A DNA stretch of 64,000 nucleotides from an uncultured Gemmatimonadales bacterium. Its GTDB lineage: Bacteria > Gemmatimonadota > Gemmatimonadetes > Palauibacterales > Palauibacteraceae. Numbering within the stretch: position 1 is the first letter of the stretch; each line of letters begins with the position of its first letter. This document shows positions 19,917 to 30,131 of this stretch, piece by piece. The position numbers and the translations under genes are program-made. A model generated the notes under the pieces. It was not told the DNA's origin. It searched no databases and saw only the letters and a program-made list of their open reading frames with translations. The stretch covers positions 131 through 64,130 of the forward strand of contig CAWECO010000009.1 in NCBI GenBank assembly GCA_963807645.1. Direction: 5' to 3'.

Positions 19917-20047
19917 CCCGTTTTACCGCTCAACGGAGGACTTCGATTCCGCCCGCGCGGGCAGCGAGAACCCGCGCAATCCTGCAAGTCGCCACTCGAC
20001 GTGCATAATTTGAGGAATTCCGACCTCTGGGGCCCCTACGTACTTCT

Positions 20048-20103
20048 CTAACTATCAATGCTTCATATAGTTAGCAATCGCAACGACTGGTATGGTTGTT
20101 GCT
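20048..20103 (+). promoter_or_regulatory. Sigma54 -24/-12 promoter with upstream AT-rich inverted repeat
   Basis: TGGTATGGTTGTTGCT (GG-N10-GC) at 20088-20103; ctaactat..atagttag at 20048-20074. Confidence 0.55.
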
Positions 20104-20171
20104 CCCTTCTATTGGGTCACTGTGTCGGCACAGCGCCGGCAACCACCCAGTCGGAATTTGAGGGACCTGGT

Positions 20172-21533
20172 ATGAAGAGACTGACAGAACTGCGTGCAGG
20201 TTCGCGGGATCCGGAAACACGATTCGATTTCGAGGCGGCCGCAGTTCGGTTCGGTCCGCGGATCGCATGGGTATCGATTGCCATTGCGACGATCGCGATT
20301 CTCACCGCCTCGTGCTCAGATGACGTGGCCGGGCCCGCAGATCCGCCCGATGAGTCGAACGGCCGCATCGATATCACAAACGATGAGGGAACGCTCGATG
20401 ACCGGGTGAATCAGGAAGATACGGACGTCCCGATCGATCCGGCCGCCGGCTCCACGCAGGTGAGGATTCCGTCGTCATCGATGCAAGCTGCGTCGGCTGC
20501 CCTCAGTCTGACCCTGGTCTCCGAGATTCAACCGCCGACCGTCGATGGGCAGGTAGTGCAGGCAACGTCCGTCGCGATCGAAGGCTCGAAAGTCACGGCA
20601 AGTTACAATATGCGTGGGGCTCCACGTCTCGGAGCCATCGACCTGATCTCGACCTCCACATTAGCGCGGCCTCGTCTTACCGCTTCGGCCACCTTCATCG
20701 ATTCGGACATCAGCGCCATCGGTTCAGACGGAGGCTTCATCTATGCCGCCGAGGCTACCGACGCCGTCGGATTCGAGGTTCCAGCCGCGTTGGAGCGGCT
20801 GAAGTTCCAGAACGGCAAGTTCACGCTCGACGACAACCTGCGACTCCCGCTGACCAGCTACGCGGCTACGAGTGCCCTCGCAGCGAACAGCTTCGTCTAC
20901 GCTACTTCGGGAGACGGGGGGCACGTGTTTGCCTTCGAACGCTCGTCGATGGAGATACGTGGCCAGTATCCGCTGGACGATGCTCGCTGGGCGGCCTGGG
21001 ACAGGGACAGCGGTCGGTTGGTCGTCGTCCAGGGAACACCCGGACGCATATCCGTCTTCGTCGAAGGTGAGTTCCCGGGCGGCTCGATGACCCTGCTCAA
21101 CACGTTCCCGTTCCCCGGCGCCGACGTACCCGAGTCCAAGTCCACGATCGAGATCTCAGGCGGCAAGGCATTCATCGCCGCCGGTCCCGAGGGGGTCCAG
21201 ATCGTCTGCCTCGACAACGGTCAGGTGGTAGGATCGGTACCCAGGCCGGATCCTGCCGCGCTGGGGCTCGACCCATCGGTGGTGGTTACGAACGCGGTCA
21301 CCGTGGACGAAGACATCCTCTTCATATCGAACGGAGAAGCCGGGATCTACGTGGCACGCGCAGCGCAGGACTTCGACCGGACGGCATGTACCGACCAGCA
21401 GCAGATCACCGTGCTCGGTAAGCTTCGGTTCGCTGACTTGCAGTCGGCCAACCATGTCGATTACAAGAACCGCTGGTTGGCCGTCGCGGCCGGTCTGGGC
21501 GGTGTGAAGCTCGTTCGTGTCAGCGGGCTGTAA
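20172..21533 (+). CDS. Lipoprotein with LVIVD-like beta-propeller repeats
   Basis: Lipobox LTASC and the repeats AFIAAGPEGVQIV, LFISNGEAGIYV, LAVAAGLGGVKLV. Confidence 0.75.
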   Translation: MKRLTELRAGSRDPETRFDFEAAAVRFGPRIAWVSIAIATIAILTASCSDDVAGPADPPDESNGRIDITNDEGTLDDRVNQEDTDVPIDPAAGSTQVRIPSSSMQAASAALSLTLVSEIQPPTVDGQVVQATSVAIEGSKVTASYNMRGAPRLGAIDLISTSTLARPRLTASATFIDSDISAIGSDGGFIYAAEATDAVGFEVPAALERLKFQNGKFTLDDNLRLPLTSYAATSALAANSFVYATSGDGGHVFAFERSSMEIRGQYPLDDARWAAWDRDSGRLVVVQGTPGRISVFVEGEFPGGSMTLLNTFPFPGADVPESKSTIEISGGKAFIAAGPEGVQIVCLDNGQVVGSVPRPDPAALGLDPSVVVTNAVTVDEDILFISNGEAGIYVARAAQDFDRTACTDQQQITVLGKLRFADLQSANHVDYKNRWLAVAAGLGGVKLVRVSGL

Positions 21534-21721
21534 CTCCGTAGACCCCGGCGCCGCGGCGTTCTCGTCGGCGGGTTTGAGCAGGTAATTGTCGCGAAAACGT
21601 GTCTCGTCTTGCTACTTCGTGTGCAATACGTGAACCCCTGAACGTCAGAAAGGGTTGGAGGAGTGGGCGAGGCCGCATCCTGCGCCCTTCTTGAGGCAGC
21701 GTATTCCGAGAGGTCGAAGCG

Positions 21722-22297
21722 ATGCGAAAGTTACATTTGGCCGGGTTCCTGTTCGTTCTGCTGGCCGTCGTGCTCATAAGCCGGAATGGGAGGGGACCGC
21801 TGACCCTTCACCCCGGGGCGGTGACGAGCATCGTCTACAGCGGAACGGCCGGAAGCTGGTTTCAGGCGATGAAGCCCTACTGCAACTCCGTCGAGGTCCA
21901 GACCCGGCACCGCTGGAATCCCCCGCCTGATGGGATGGAAGGCACGGCGTACAGCGCCGCTTGCTTCGCCCTGGCCGGCAATGTGGACCAGGCTCGAGAA
22001 CTCATTCTGCGCTTGAAGGGTGACGAGCAGTGGCGCGCGGCGGGCATCGTGTTCAACGTCGCTCACCCCGTGGCCGACGCCGGAGACGATCTCTCTGCCG
22101 GTCCCATCATGGAGATGGTGGTCGAGTTCTGGCCTAACCACCACATGGCGCTCTACCACGCGGGCATGTCCGCCTACGTGCTCGACCGCCACGATGAGGC
22201 GCAGGATTACCTCGAGCAGTTTCTCCAGTTCTACAACCAGGACGACGGCTGGGTGAGAAACGCCAACACGGTCCTCGCTCGGATCAGGAATCCGTGA
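21722..22297 (+). CDS. TPR-like helical protein with N-terminal anchor
   Basis: WPNHHMALYHAGMSAY..AQDYLEQFLQFY; overlaps the kinase start (GTGA). Confidence 0.7.
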   Translation: MRKLHLAGFLFVLLAVVLISRNGRGPLTLHPGAVTSIVYSGTAGSWFQAMKPYCNSVEVQTRHRWNPPPDGMEGTAYSAACFALAGNVDQARELILRLKGDEQWRAAGIVFNVAHPVADAGDDLSAGPIMEMVVEFWPNHHMALYHAGMSAYVLDRHDEAQDYLEQFLQFYNQDDGWVRNANTVLARIRNP

Positions 22298-24156
22298 ACC
22301 AGGCGAGGCAGACCGAGACTCCGAGGTATCTGGACGCCGGTCACGTCCTCCGGGATCGCTATGAGATCGCAAGGGAAATCGGACGCGGGGGCTACTCGGT
22401 GGTGTACGTGGCCCGCGATCGAGAACTGCGCACCGACGTGGCCGTCAAGCTCCTCGTGCCACCCCCCGCGCTGGCCGCGATGGCTCGGGAGCGCATGCGC
22501 CGCGAGGCGATTGCCGCGCGAGGGCTCGCGCACCCCAACATCGTCTCCCTCCATGACTTCCTGGAAGAGGGGCCGTGGAGCTTCCTCGTCATGGAGTACG
22601 TGGATGGACCCGACCTGCGGGAGCGGGTGGATACCGGAGAGTCGCTGTCGACAGTAGAAGCGGTGCTCGTGGGGACCGATATCGCGGCGGCCCTCGATGC
22701 GGCTCACGGACAGGGGATTCTGCACCGTGACGTGAAGCCCCAGAACGTGCTTCTCGACGCCGACGGAAGGGCCCGATTGACCGATTTCGGGTCGGCACGC
22801 ATCGAAAGTCAGGCCACGGTAACGGCCACGGGCGGAATCGTGGGCACGGTGGCCTACGCGGCCCCCGAGGAGATCGCTGGACTGAGAGCCGATTCCCGCT
22901 CCGACGTATATTCACTGGGACTCACTCTCTACTTTGCTCTGACCGGCGAACTTCCGGGCGGACCCTCCCCGCACCTGCCGCCGGCGCAAGCCGAGGGCGG
23001 GCATCACCCACGTTCTGTCCGATCGGACGTCCCGCTATGGCTGGACGAAGTCATCGCGTGCGCCACGGCGGCAACTCCGGGCAGGCGGTTCCCTACCGCC
23101 GGATCGATGCGAGACGCACTGCTCGCGGGTAGTGCGAACCCGGGCGCCTCCGTCCCGGCGTTTCGGTATTCTGACCTCGGATTCGCCTGCCCTCTGTGCG
23201 GTACGGACGATGAGTTCGACCTCGGTGTGTGCCCGGGCTGTGCCGATGGCTCGTCTACGGCCGACACTCTGCTCTTCGTGAAAGCGCCGCCGGATCGCCG
23301 TGAGCGTGCGGATCTCGGGGATCGGTTGGCCAACCGCGTGGGGCGTGAGGCCCGGCGGGAGGCTCTGCAGGACCTACTCTCTGGCCGGCGGCCGTTGGCC
23401 CTGTTGCCCGCATCGAGCGCCGCGGCAGCGATTTCGCGTCTCTGTGGCCAGTCGATCCCCGTACAGGCGGAACCGGCTCGAGAAGCATGGCGGCGCGTTC
23501 CCCGCACATTCTCCGCCACACTGGTTGCCGTCATCGTCGCGGGACTGATGGCCGGGTGGCTAGCGGCGCCAGAGATGTGGATCGCCACTCCCCTGTTCGT
23601 GGGCCTTCTCGTACTCCTCGCGGTGCGCCGGGTCCGAACGCCAATCCTGCGGCGATCACGGAAAACGACGCTGCACCTTCCCAGTTCCGCAGAGGATGGG
23701 GTGAAGAACAGCCTGGCGAGCCTTCATCCGGGGCCCGCACGGCGCCTGCTCAAGGACGTGATACGGATGGCCTCGGGCGTCTTCGTCCAACAGGAGGCCG
23801 ATCCTGGAACGGGGGATCTGGAGGCTGCGCTCGGAGGACTTCTCGAACGGTCGTGCGCCGTCGCTATGGATCTTGGCCACCTGGACGAGAGCCTTGCCAT
23901 CCTGGAGCAGCTGGACGATCGGTCGAGCGGGGAGGGTGGAGCTGACTGGGTGGAATCCGTGACCCGGGCGCGCCGAGCACGCGACGGACTCACGCAGACG
24001 CTGCTGGAGGCCATCTCGGCCCTGGGCCGGACGCGTATCGCGATCGCGGCGGGCCAATCCGCCTCTGAGGGCTTGACCGCTTTCTCCGCCGAGTTGGAGA
24101 GCCGCGCGACGGCCCAGGCCGAGGCGCGGCGTGAGGTGGAAGCTCTGGTCCGGTAG
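22294..24156 (+). CDS. Hanks-type Ser/Thr kinase with zinc ribbon, 2 TM helices and C-terminal helical domain
   Basis: IGRGGYSVVY, VAVK, HRDVKPQN, DFG, GTVAYAAPE; CPLC..CPGC. Confidence 0.9.
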   Translation: MNQARQTETPRYLDAGHVLRDRYEIAREIGRGGYSVVYVARDRELRTDVAVKLLVPPPALAAMARERMRREAIAARGLAHPNIVSLHDFLEEGPWSFLVMEYVDGPDLRERVDTGESLSTVEAVLVGTDIAAALDAAHGQGILHRDVKPQNVLLDADGRARLTDFGSARIESQATVTATGGIVGTVAYAAPEEIAGLRADSRSDVYSLGLTLYFALTGELPGGPSPHLPPAQAEGGHHPRSVRSDVPLWLDEVIACATAATPGRRFPTAGSMRDALLAGSANPGASVPAFRYSDLGFACPLCGTDDEFDLGVCPGCADGSSTADTLLFVKAPPDRRERADLGDRLANRVGREARREALQDLLSGRRPLALLPASSAAAAISRLCGQSIPVQAEPAREAWRRVPRTFSATLVAVIVAGLMAGWLAAPEMWIATPLFVGLLVLLAVRRVRTPILRRSRKTTLHLPSSAEDGVKNSLASLHPGPARRLLKDVIRMASGVFVQQEADPGTGDLEAALGGLLERSCAVAMDLGHLDESLAILEQLDDRSSGEGGADWVESVTRARRARDGLTQTLLEAISALGRTRIAIAAGQSASEGLTAFSAELESRATAQAEARREVEALVR

Positions 24157-24176
24157 GCTCAGAGACCGGGGGGGCG

Positions 24177-24572
24177 CTACTTCTTCTGCACACGGAAATT
24201 GAGCGTCCCGCTGTACTCGCTCAGCGCAACGGTGATCGTCCAGTTACCAGACGATCCCGAAGCCGTATCCTCGTTCAAGCTCGGGGCGAGGCCTTGATCG
24301 TAGACGATCGTGCCGGCCGCGTCCCTGACGACGACTCCGGCGGCTCCGCCCGCCGTCGTCGTGGAGTGATCCACGACCGCCTGGGTTCCCGTGTTTTCCC
24401 ACGTGTACTGGAGGTTTGCCCCGACATCCGTGACGTCGGTGGCTTGCAACTGGAAGCTGTCCGTGGCATTCGTCACCTGGGGCTCGAACGGCGCCAGCGG
24501 ATCCACCGGATTGTCACTACCGCAGCCGCTCAAGACCAGCATAAGAGCGACCAACGTGGCTGTCATTTTCAT
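24177..24572 (-). CDS. Hypothetical lipoprotein
   Basis: Lipobox LSGC; beta-rich mature part. Confidence 0.75.
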   Translation of the reverse strand: MKMTATLVALMLVLSGCGSDNPVDPLAPFEPQVTNATDSFQLQATDVTDVGANLQYTWENTGTQAVVDHSTTTAGGAAGVVVRDAAGTIVYDQGLAPSLNEDTASGSSGNWTITVALSEYSGTLNFRVQKK

Positions 24573-24907
24573 CCTGCACCTGCCTGTTCGCGAAGGGGGT
24601 GATGCCTCGATTCAGAGGGTTGCTTAGTTCAAGAAGCATTCCATGTCGAGCCACAGAAGTCGGAAGGCGACGCATGTCCGGCGGACAACACGTTGCCCGG
24701 TATTCATTTAAGGTATCCCGAGTTCGTCTATTGACGGGCATGGGCTGGTGGCCGCGGCGGGGGCCGTTCTCTGCAAAGTCTACCGGGTACGCGGTCGCCG
24801 CCCGGAGCGGGGAGGGCTGAGCAAACAGGGAGGGCGGTTGCAGGTTCCCCATAATGAGCGAAGGTTGGACTGCGGACTCGATACCGTCCACGATGCGAGG
24901 TACCGGA

Positions 24908-25570
24908 GTGAACCCGATACAGTTGCTCCTGACCACGTCTGCGGCCGGCGCTTTCACGGCCCTGGTGCTGTTTCTGGTCTTTCTCCACGCAGCGCGGAAG
25001 CGCCGTGCATTGAGCGGCCTCATCGCCGGCCTCGCTTCTCTCTCGGCCGGACTCGTAGGTCTGCTCAGCATGGCGGTGCTCGTCGGGACACAGGGGTATC
25101 GTGCCCTGACGCACGAGGAGGTCGCCGCCCGCGTGTGGACCGTGCCCGGCAGCGACCAGACGTTCGCGGCCCACGTGCAGCTCCCCGACAGTTCGGTCCG
25201 CACGTTCCGCATCGCGGGAGACGAGCTCTACATCGACGCCCATATTCTCAAGTGGAAGCCGCTCGCGAATCTCGTCGGACTTCACACGGACTACGAGTTG
25301 GACCGCATCGGCGGTCGCTACGACAATCTCGCGGACGAAGCAGCGCGACCCCGAACCGTCTACTCGCTCGCTCAGCCGAAGGTCATCGACATGTTTCACC
25401 TGCGGCGGGGTCTGTCACTGCTTTCGCCGCTGGTGGACGCCGAGTACGGATCGGCAACGTTCGTCACAGCGCCGGACGAGACCGCAATGTGGGAGCTCAG
25501 GGTGTCGACCAGCGGACTCCTGATCCGGCCCGCCGCCGCGCAGCAGGAGGTCCCCGATCCGTCGAACTGA
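24908..25570 (+). CDS. Hypothetical membrane protein
   Basis: Two TM helices followed by YRALTHEE..GDELYIDAHILKW..YELDRIGGRY..LVDAEYGSATF. Confidence 0.75.
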   Translation: MNPIQLLLTTSAAGAFTALVLFLVFLHAARKRRALSGLIAGLASLSAGLVGLLSMAVLVGTQGYRALTHEEVAARVWTVPGSDQTFAAHVQLPDSSVRTFRIAGDELYIDAHILKWKPLANLVGLHTDYELDRIGGRYDNLADEAARPRTVYSLAQPKVIDMFHLRRGLSLLSPLVDAEYGSATFVTAPDETAMWELRVSTSGLLIRPAAAQQEVPDPSN

Positions 25571-25790
25571 TCAGGGTGAGCTTCAACACACCGAACGTAT
25601 CCGACGCGCGCACCTCGCTTACGGTGCGCGGGACCCCGGTCGGACGAAGGTAACGCCCGCCTGTTCCGGCTATGATCTGCCGGATCCCATTTGCCGGGTC
25701 CAACTCTCCGGCGGGATTCAACGGTGCGAGGCGTTCGTAGTGGTGCTCGTGACCCACGAGCACGAGGTCCGCGCCAAATTCGCAAGGACT
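25567..25790 (-). pseudogene. Remnant of the C-terminus of a metallophosphoesterase
   Basis: GADLVLVGHEHHYER..GIRQIIAGTGG..DTFGVLKLTL, with no N-terminal part. Confidence 0.65.
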
Positions 25791-25973
25791 GGACCGCCGT
25801 GGGCCGCTCGATACCGTCCTCGTGCAGGAGCGCCACTGTCCGGACCCTCGGCAGCCATCGACACCATTGACTGCGGTCGTTCATGGGGCTCTTGTAAAGA
25901 AAGCGCCGAAGCCCGATCGGTAGCCAATTGTCGCCTTCGACGCGGCTCGGGCGGCCGATCTACAGGAGGACGA

Positions 25974-26492
25974 ATGCCGGTCCATGACGACTCGGCCAGC
26001 GGAACTAAACTGACCCACCGCAAACAGCGTCAGAAGGACGTACTTCACGGCGCATTCGCTGGTGTACTTGCCGGTACGGCCATCATGATTCTGTTCTTAG
26101 CGTTTGATATGCTTTGGTTCAAGCCGCTCAACACCCCCGATTTCCTATCAAGCGCATTGCTCGCCGGGGGCGATTCCGGTGCTGAGTCAGACAGGGTGCT
26201 GAGAACTGCCCGCATAGCGATGTTCACGACCTTCCACCTGCTCATATTCACGTTTATCGGGATAGCTTTCGCGATCTTCTTACGGTTCACCCAATTGCCG
26301 AAGACCCTGCTCGTTGGGGGGCTGTACGGCCTCATCGCCTGCACGGCCATCTTCAGCGCCGTCCTGAAAGTCACTGGCACGCAAATGTCCGCGGAATGGG
26401 GGTGGCCAGCTCTGTTGGCCGGCAACTTCCTGGCCGGTATCGTAATGGTAGTGTTCCTTCGACGAGCTGAGCGGGTCGACCCTTCCAACTGA
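25974..26492 (+). CDS. Hypothetical 4-TM membrane protein
   Basis: AGGAGG RBS, ATG 25974, hydrophobic helices. Confidence 0.7.
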   Translation: MPVHDDSASGTKLTHRKQRQKDVLHGAFAGVLAGTAIMILFLAFDMLWFKPLNTPDFLSSALLAGGDSGAESDRVLRTARIAMFTTFHLLIFTFIGIAFAIFLRFTQLPKTLLVGGLYGLIACTAIFSAVLKVTGTQMSAEWGWPALLAGNFLAGIVMVVFLRRAERVDPSN

Positions 26493-26510
26493 CCCCTGGC
26501 GGCACTCGCG

Positions 26511-28061
26511 TCACTTCGCTGGCAGCTCCACGATCTCGATCCACTCGGCGTCCGGCAGGTCGTGGCGCTTGACCACGGCTCGGCCTCCTACCGATTCGGA
26601 CACCCGGCGCAGGTAGTCGTCCAACTCGGCGCGACGGGGTTCAAACACCCGGTTTCCATACGCGATCAACCACGTGCGTCCGCGTCCCTCGACCGCCAGT
26701 GCGGCCGGATCCGGCGCCCACAGGATCGGTCCCGGAGCGTGGGCGAGTGCCTGGAAGTGAATGCGCCCACCCATGCCTACGAAACTCGAGTAGCCGGGAG
26801 CGAGGCCAGTGTCGTCCCGGCTCGCGAACACCACCCAGCGATCTTCGGATTCCGACTCGTCGCCCAACTCCGAGATGATGTCGCGCACAAGCACGTCGGC
26901 CTGCGAGTGGTAAGGCCTCACCACATCCCGGGCGATCCCGGCGACAACGACCACCAGGAACGGGAGCGCGGCGATCGGTATTGCCCGGACCGTCCGCCGG
27001 GGCCCGAGCAGCTTTCGCAAGACGCACACGATGCCCGTGCCGATCAGCAGGCAGGCCGCCGGCGCGATGTGCTGCGCGACCCGGGCGCTGGCCCCATACG
27101 GATACTTCTGCAGCGCGGCAGCCACGAACATGAGGGGAAGCGGACTCAGGAGTAGCAGGAGCGCGGGCCTTCGCTTGCGCCACAGGACGACTCCGCCGGC
27201 CACCGCGAGAAGGAAACTCACCGTGCTTCCGCCGGAATGACCGCCGTTCGGGTAGGCCATCATCATCCCGGTGTGAACGTCGAGCGCCCACAGCGGGATC
27301 ATCCACGGCTCGGACAGCGGCGGAAAGCCGGCGCTCCAGTACGATGCCGGTGCGGCGGCGCGCTGGCCGCCTCCCGCGATAGCGTACATGGCCGTGAAAC
27401 TGGCCACGATCAGAAATCCGACGGCCAGTAGTTTCCCCCAGCGGCGACCTCCGCCCGGGCCCGACTCAGCAGTCAGAAGCCACAGGCATGCCCCTCCGCT
27501 CACGAAGATCGAAGGGTAGGAAAGCCAGGAGGACACGGACGCGAGAACCGCAAACGCCGCCCACCGACCCACCCCAGCGGGTTTCCCGTACAGGGTCCAC
27601 GCGGTGAGAACGATCGCCAGCGCGAGTAGAAGGTCGAGGCTGTACGGCTTGACCTCCGCGGCATATCGCGTTGGATAGAAGGAGGCCGCGAAGACGGCCA
27701 TCGCCATCAGCGCTGACCGGTGGTCGAGAAGCTTGCGGCTCAGACGCCAGAACAACAGCACGGCCCCCACGCCCGCCAGGAACGGGACGAGTCGCAGCGC
27801 CGGCTCCGTGAACCCGAGCAGCTTCGAGGCCCCGAGTTCCAGCCAAAGGAAGCCCGGCGGCGCCACCTGCCCGTAGTCCAGGGTCTCCAGGAGTCCGAGA
27901 AACGTTCGGTCGTGGAAGTTGACGGCCAGCATCCCCTCGTCCCCCCACATGGGGAACACGAGGGCGTACCGCACCGCACGCCAGCTGAGCGCGCCCAGCA
28001 TGAGGGCCAGCCCCCAGCTCGCGAGCCGAGGTCGATTCCGCGGGCGCTCGGCCCGATTCAC
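26511..28061 (-). CDS. GT-C glycosyltransferase (family 39/ArnT-like)
   Basis: WGDE motif, APPGFLWL, EPALRL, YAAEVKPYS, multiple TM helices. Confidence 0.8.
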   Translation of the reverse strand: MNRAERPRNRPRLASWGLALMLGALSWRAVRYALVFPMWGDEGMLAVNFHDRTFLGLLETLDYGQVAPPGFLWLELGASKLLGFTEPALRLVPFLAGVGAVLLFWRLSRKLLDHRSALMAMAVFAASFYPTRYAAEVKPYSLDLLLALAIVLTAWTLYGKPAGVGRWAAFAVLASVSSWLSYPSIFVSGGACLWLLTAESGPGGGRRWGKLLAVGFLIVASFTAMYAIAGGGQRAAAPASYWSAGFPPLSEPWMIPLWALDVHTGMMMAYPNGGHSGGSTVSFLLAVAGGVVLWRKRRPALLLLLSPLPLMFVAAALQKYPYGASARVAQHIAPAACLLIGTGIVCVLRKLLGPRRTVRAIPIAALPFLVVVVAGIARDVVRPYHSQADVLVRDIISELGDESESEDRWVVFASRDDTGLAPGYSSFVGMGGRIHFQALAHAPGPILWAPDPAALAVEGRGRTWLIAYGNRVFEPRRAELDDYLRRVSESVGGRAVVKRHDLPDAEWIEIVELPAK

Positions 28062-28104
28062 GGGTCCGCTCGGGTTGTCGGGGGAAGCCGGTTCGATCCA
28101 GCCG

Positions 28105-28605
28105 CTACCGGTAGTTCCCGAACGTCAACTCGATCCCGTAGTCCTGGGCTCGGAGGTAGGCCATGACTTCCTGCAGGGTGTCCTTCGACGGAGCGATGAC
28201 CCGAAGCTCGTCACCCTGGATCTGCACCTGGACCTTCTTGAAGCCTTCGCCTCGAACGTCCTTGGAGATCTTCTTGCCGGTCTCCTGGTCGATTCCCTGC
28301 TTGAACCCGATCGTCTGCCGGGCCCGACCCAGAGAGCCTTCCTCGACCTGGCTCTCGTCGAGGTTCTTCAGCGGGACCTTCCGCTTCGCCAGCTTCTCCC
28401 TGAGAATCTGTCCCAGGGCCTGGATCCGGTAGGTATCATCCGCCTCCAGGGCAACCGACGCTGCCGCCCGGTCGAACTGCATCGTGCAGTTCGTGCCTTT
28501 GAAGTCGTAGCGCTGCGCGACCTCTTTGTGTGCCTGGTTCACGGCGTTGTCCACTTCCTGCAGGTCCACGCCGGTGCTTACGTCGAACGAGCTGTTCTTG
28601 GCCAT
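28105..28605 (-). CDS. yajQ: YajQ family cyclic-di-GMP/nucleotide-binding protein
   Basis: SFDVST.VDLQEVDNAVNQA..RYDFKG..VQIQGDELRV..FGNYR. Confidence 0.95.
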   Translation of the reverse strand: MAKNSSFDVSTGVDLQEVDNAVNQAHKEVAQRYDFKGTNCTMQFDRAAASVALEADDTYRIQALGQILREKLAKRKVPLKNLDESQVEEGSLGRARQTIGFKQGIDQETGKKISKDVRGEGFKKVQVQIQGDELRVIAPSKDTLQEVMAYLRAQDYGIELTFGNYR

Positions 28606-28723
28606 GATTCGTATTTCGCGTTTCAGGGTTCGGTTTCCGTCGGGCGGGGCCAATCTACGGGCCGGCGCCCGAACCGACCAAACGGAGAGCCGTTGACGAA
28701 AGACGAACAATCGGGTTCGCTGC

Positions 28724-30027
28724 CTACCAGCCGGCCGGCCGGCGTCGATCTCGTCGGTGCCGGTCCTCGAGGTCCCAAACCGCCTCGCTGTCGGGCTCCG
28801 GTCCGTGGCGCGCCGTGATCGCCGCTGGCGCGCCTTTTCGAATCATGCCGTCTTCGTCCGGCTCGACGTGGAGGAAGAGTTGGGTCGCGTCGAGCGTGTC
28901 GAGCGCGATGACTCCAGTGAGATCGCCAATCTCGCCGTAGCGCGGATCCGTGCGGGCCGCGGAGTCTTCGTAGCGAATGGCGATGTCGGCCCGGATTGGG
29001 GCGGCGGTTCCGATCACCAGGTGCCCGCCCAGCACGAGGACCTGGTAGTCCATGAACCGGTTCATGGGCAGGCTGTCGTAGGCCGCCATGTCCTCATCGG
29101 CGTACCGGCCGGACGCGATGGCCTGGAAGGCACTCAGTAGAGCCACCACGTTGAGTCGCCGCAGTTCCTGTTTCTGCGGGTCGCCCGGGAGAATACCGCT
29201 CTCCATGAGCACGGTGCTGGTACCCCAGGCCTGCATGTTGTCTCCGAAGGCTCGCGGGGAGAAGGCGTCGTCGTACCGCGCCATCCGTGATCCCAGGTCG
29301 GGCTCCAGGGCTCGGGCCATCGCGGCCGCCACTCCGCGCGCTCGCTGACGTATCGGCCCCCAGGAGCGCTCCTCGTCCGCGGCAGGCGCCAGCAGGGCGA
29401 TCGCGACGAGCGGTCCATCATCCCCGGCCGTGTGGGTTCCCTGGTCGTGAAGGTTGAAGCCGAAGTCGGCCTGGATCGAATCGCGCACGAACTTCAGGAT
29501 CCGGCCCTCCGGAGTGGCCGTACGACGCGCGTCCCGGTTCACGTCCACGCCAGCGGCGTTCTCGCGAATGAAGAGCTCGGCGCCGTCCGGGTTGAGCATC
29601 GGGATCATCACGATCGTGAGACGCTCCGCGATCTCTGCGCGCAGGGTGTCCCCGTCGGGAGCCGATGCAAACCAGTTGATCAGGTCCGCCAGCGCCATGG
29701 TCGCGGCCGACTCGTCCCCGTGCATCTGGGACCACAGCAGGACCTTGGTCGGACCCGAACCCGGCGGTGACCGCGTTGATCGCCCGCCCTCTGACCGATT
29801 CGCCAAGCCGAGTGACCCGAAGGCGATCCGATCGCAGAGCCGGGTCGAGGATCTCCCAGTACTCCGCGTGCGAGAAGCGCCGCTCGTTCAGTCCCTCGAC
29901 CCGGTAGCGACTCGCCACGTCCAGCCCTTTCGAACGGCAGCAGGTCTCCTGCGCCGGGACTTGCGTGGCTGACACGAGCGCCAGTGCCAGCCACAGTACA
30001 CGCGATCTTGCCGACACTCTCGAGCAT
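28724..30027 (-). CDS. M14 family zinc carboxypeptidase, frameshifted
   Basis: WSQMHGDES, MLNPDG, DVNRD, FNLHDQ; signal peptide in ORF 29418..30017. Confidence 0.85.
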
Positions 30028-30131
30028 GAGGTTTCTCCTTACTCCGCGTCCCCAAGGGCACCGCGACCCTTGATCGCCATCGCGGTACATGCGAGCATGC
30101 GCTCGGCTACCGGTTTGAGACCATCACCTGC

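Noticed and set aside
28724-30027. M14 carboxypeptidase as the target of the knottin-like peptide
   Set aside because: It is 28 kb away and outside the island. Nothing in the sequence links them.
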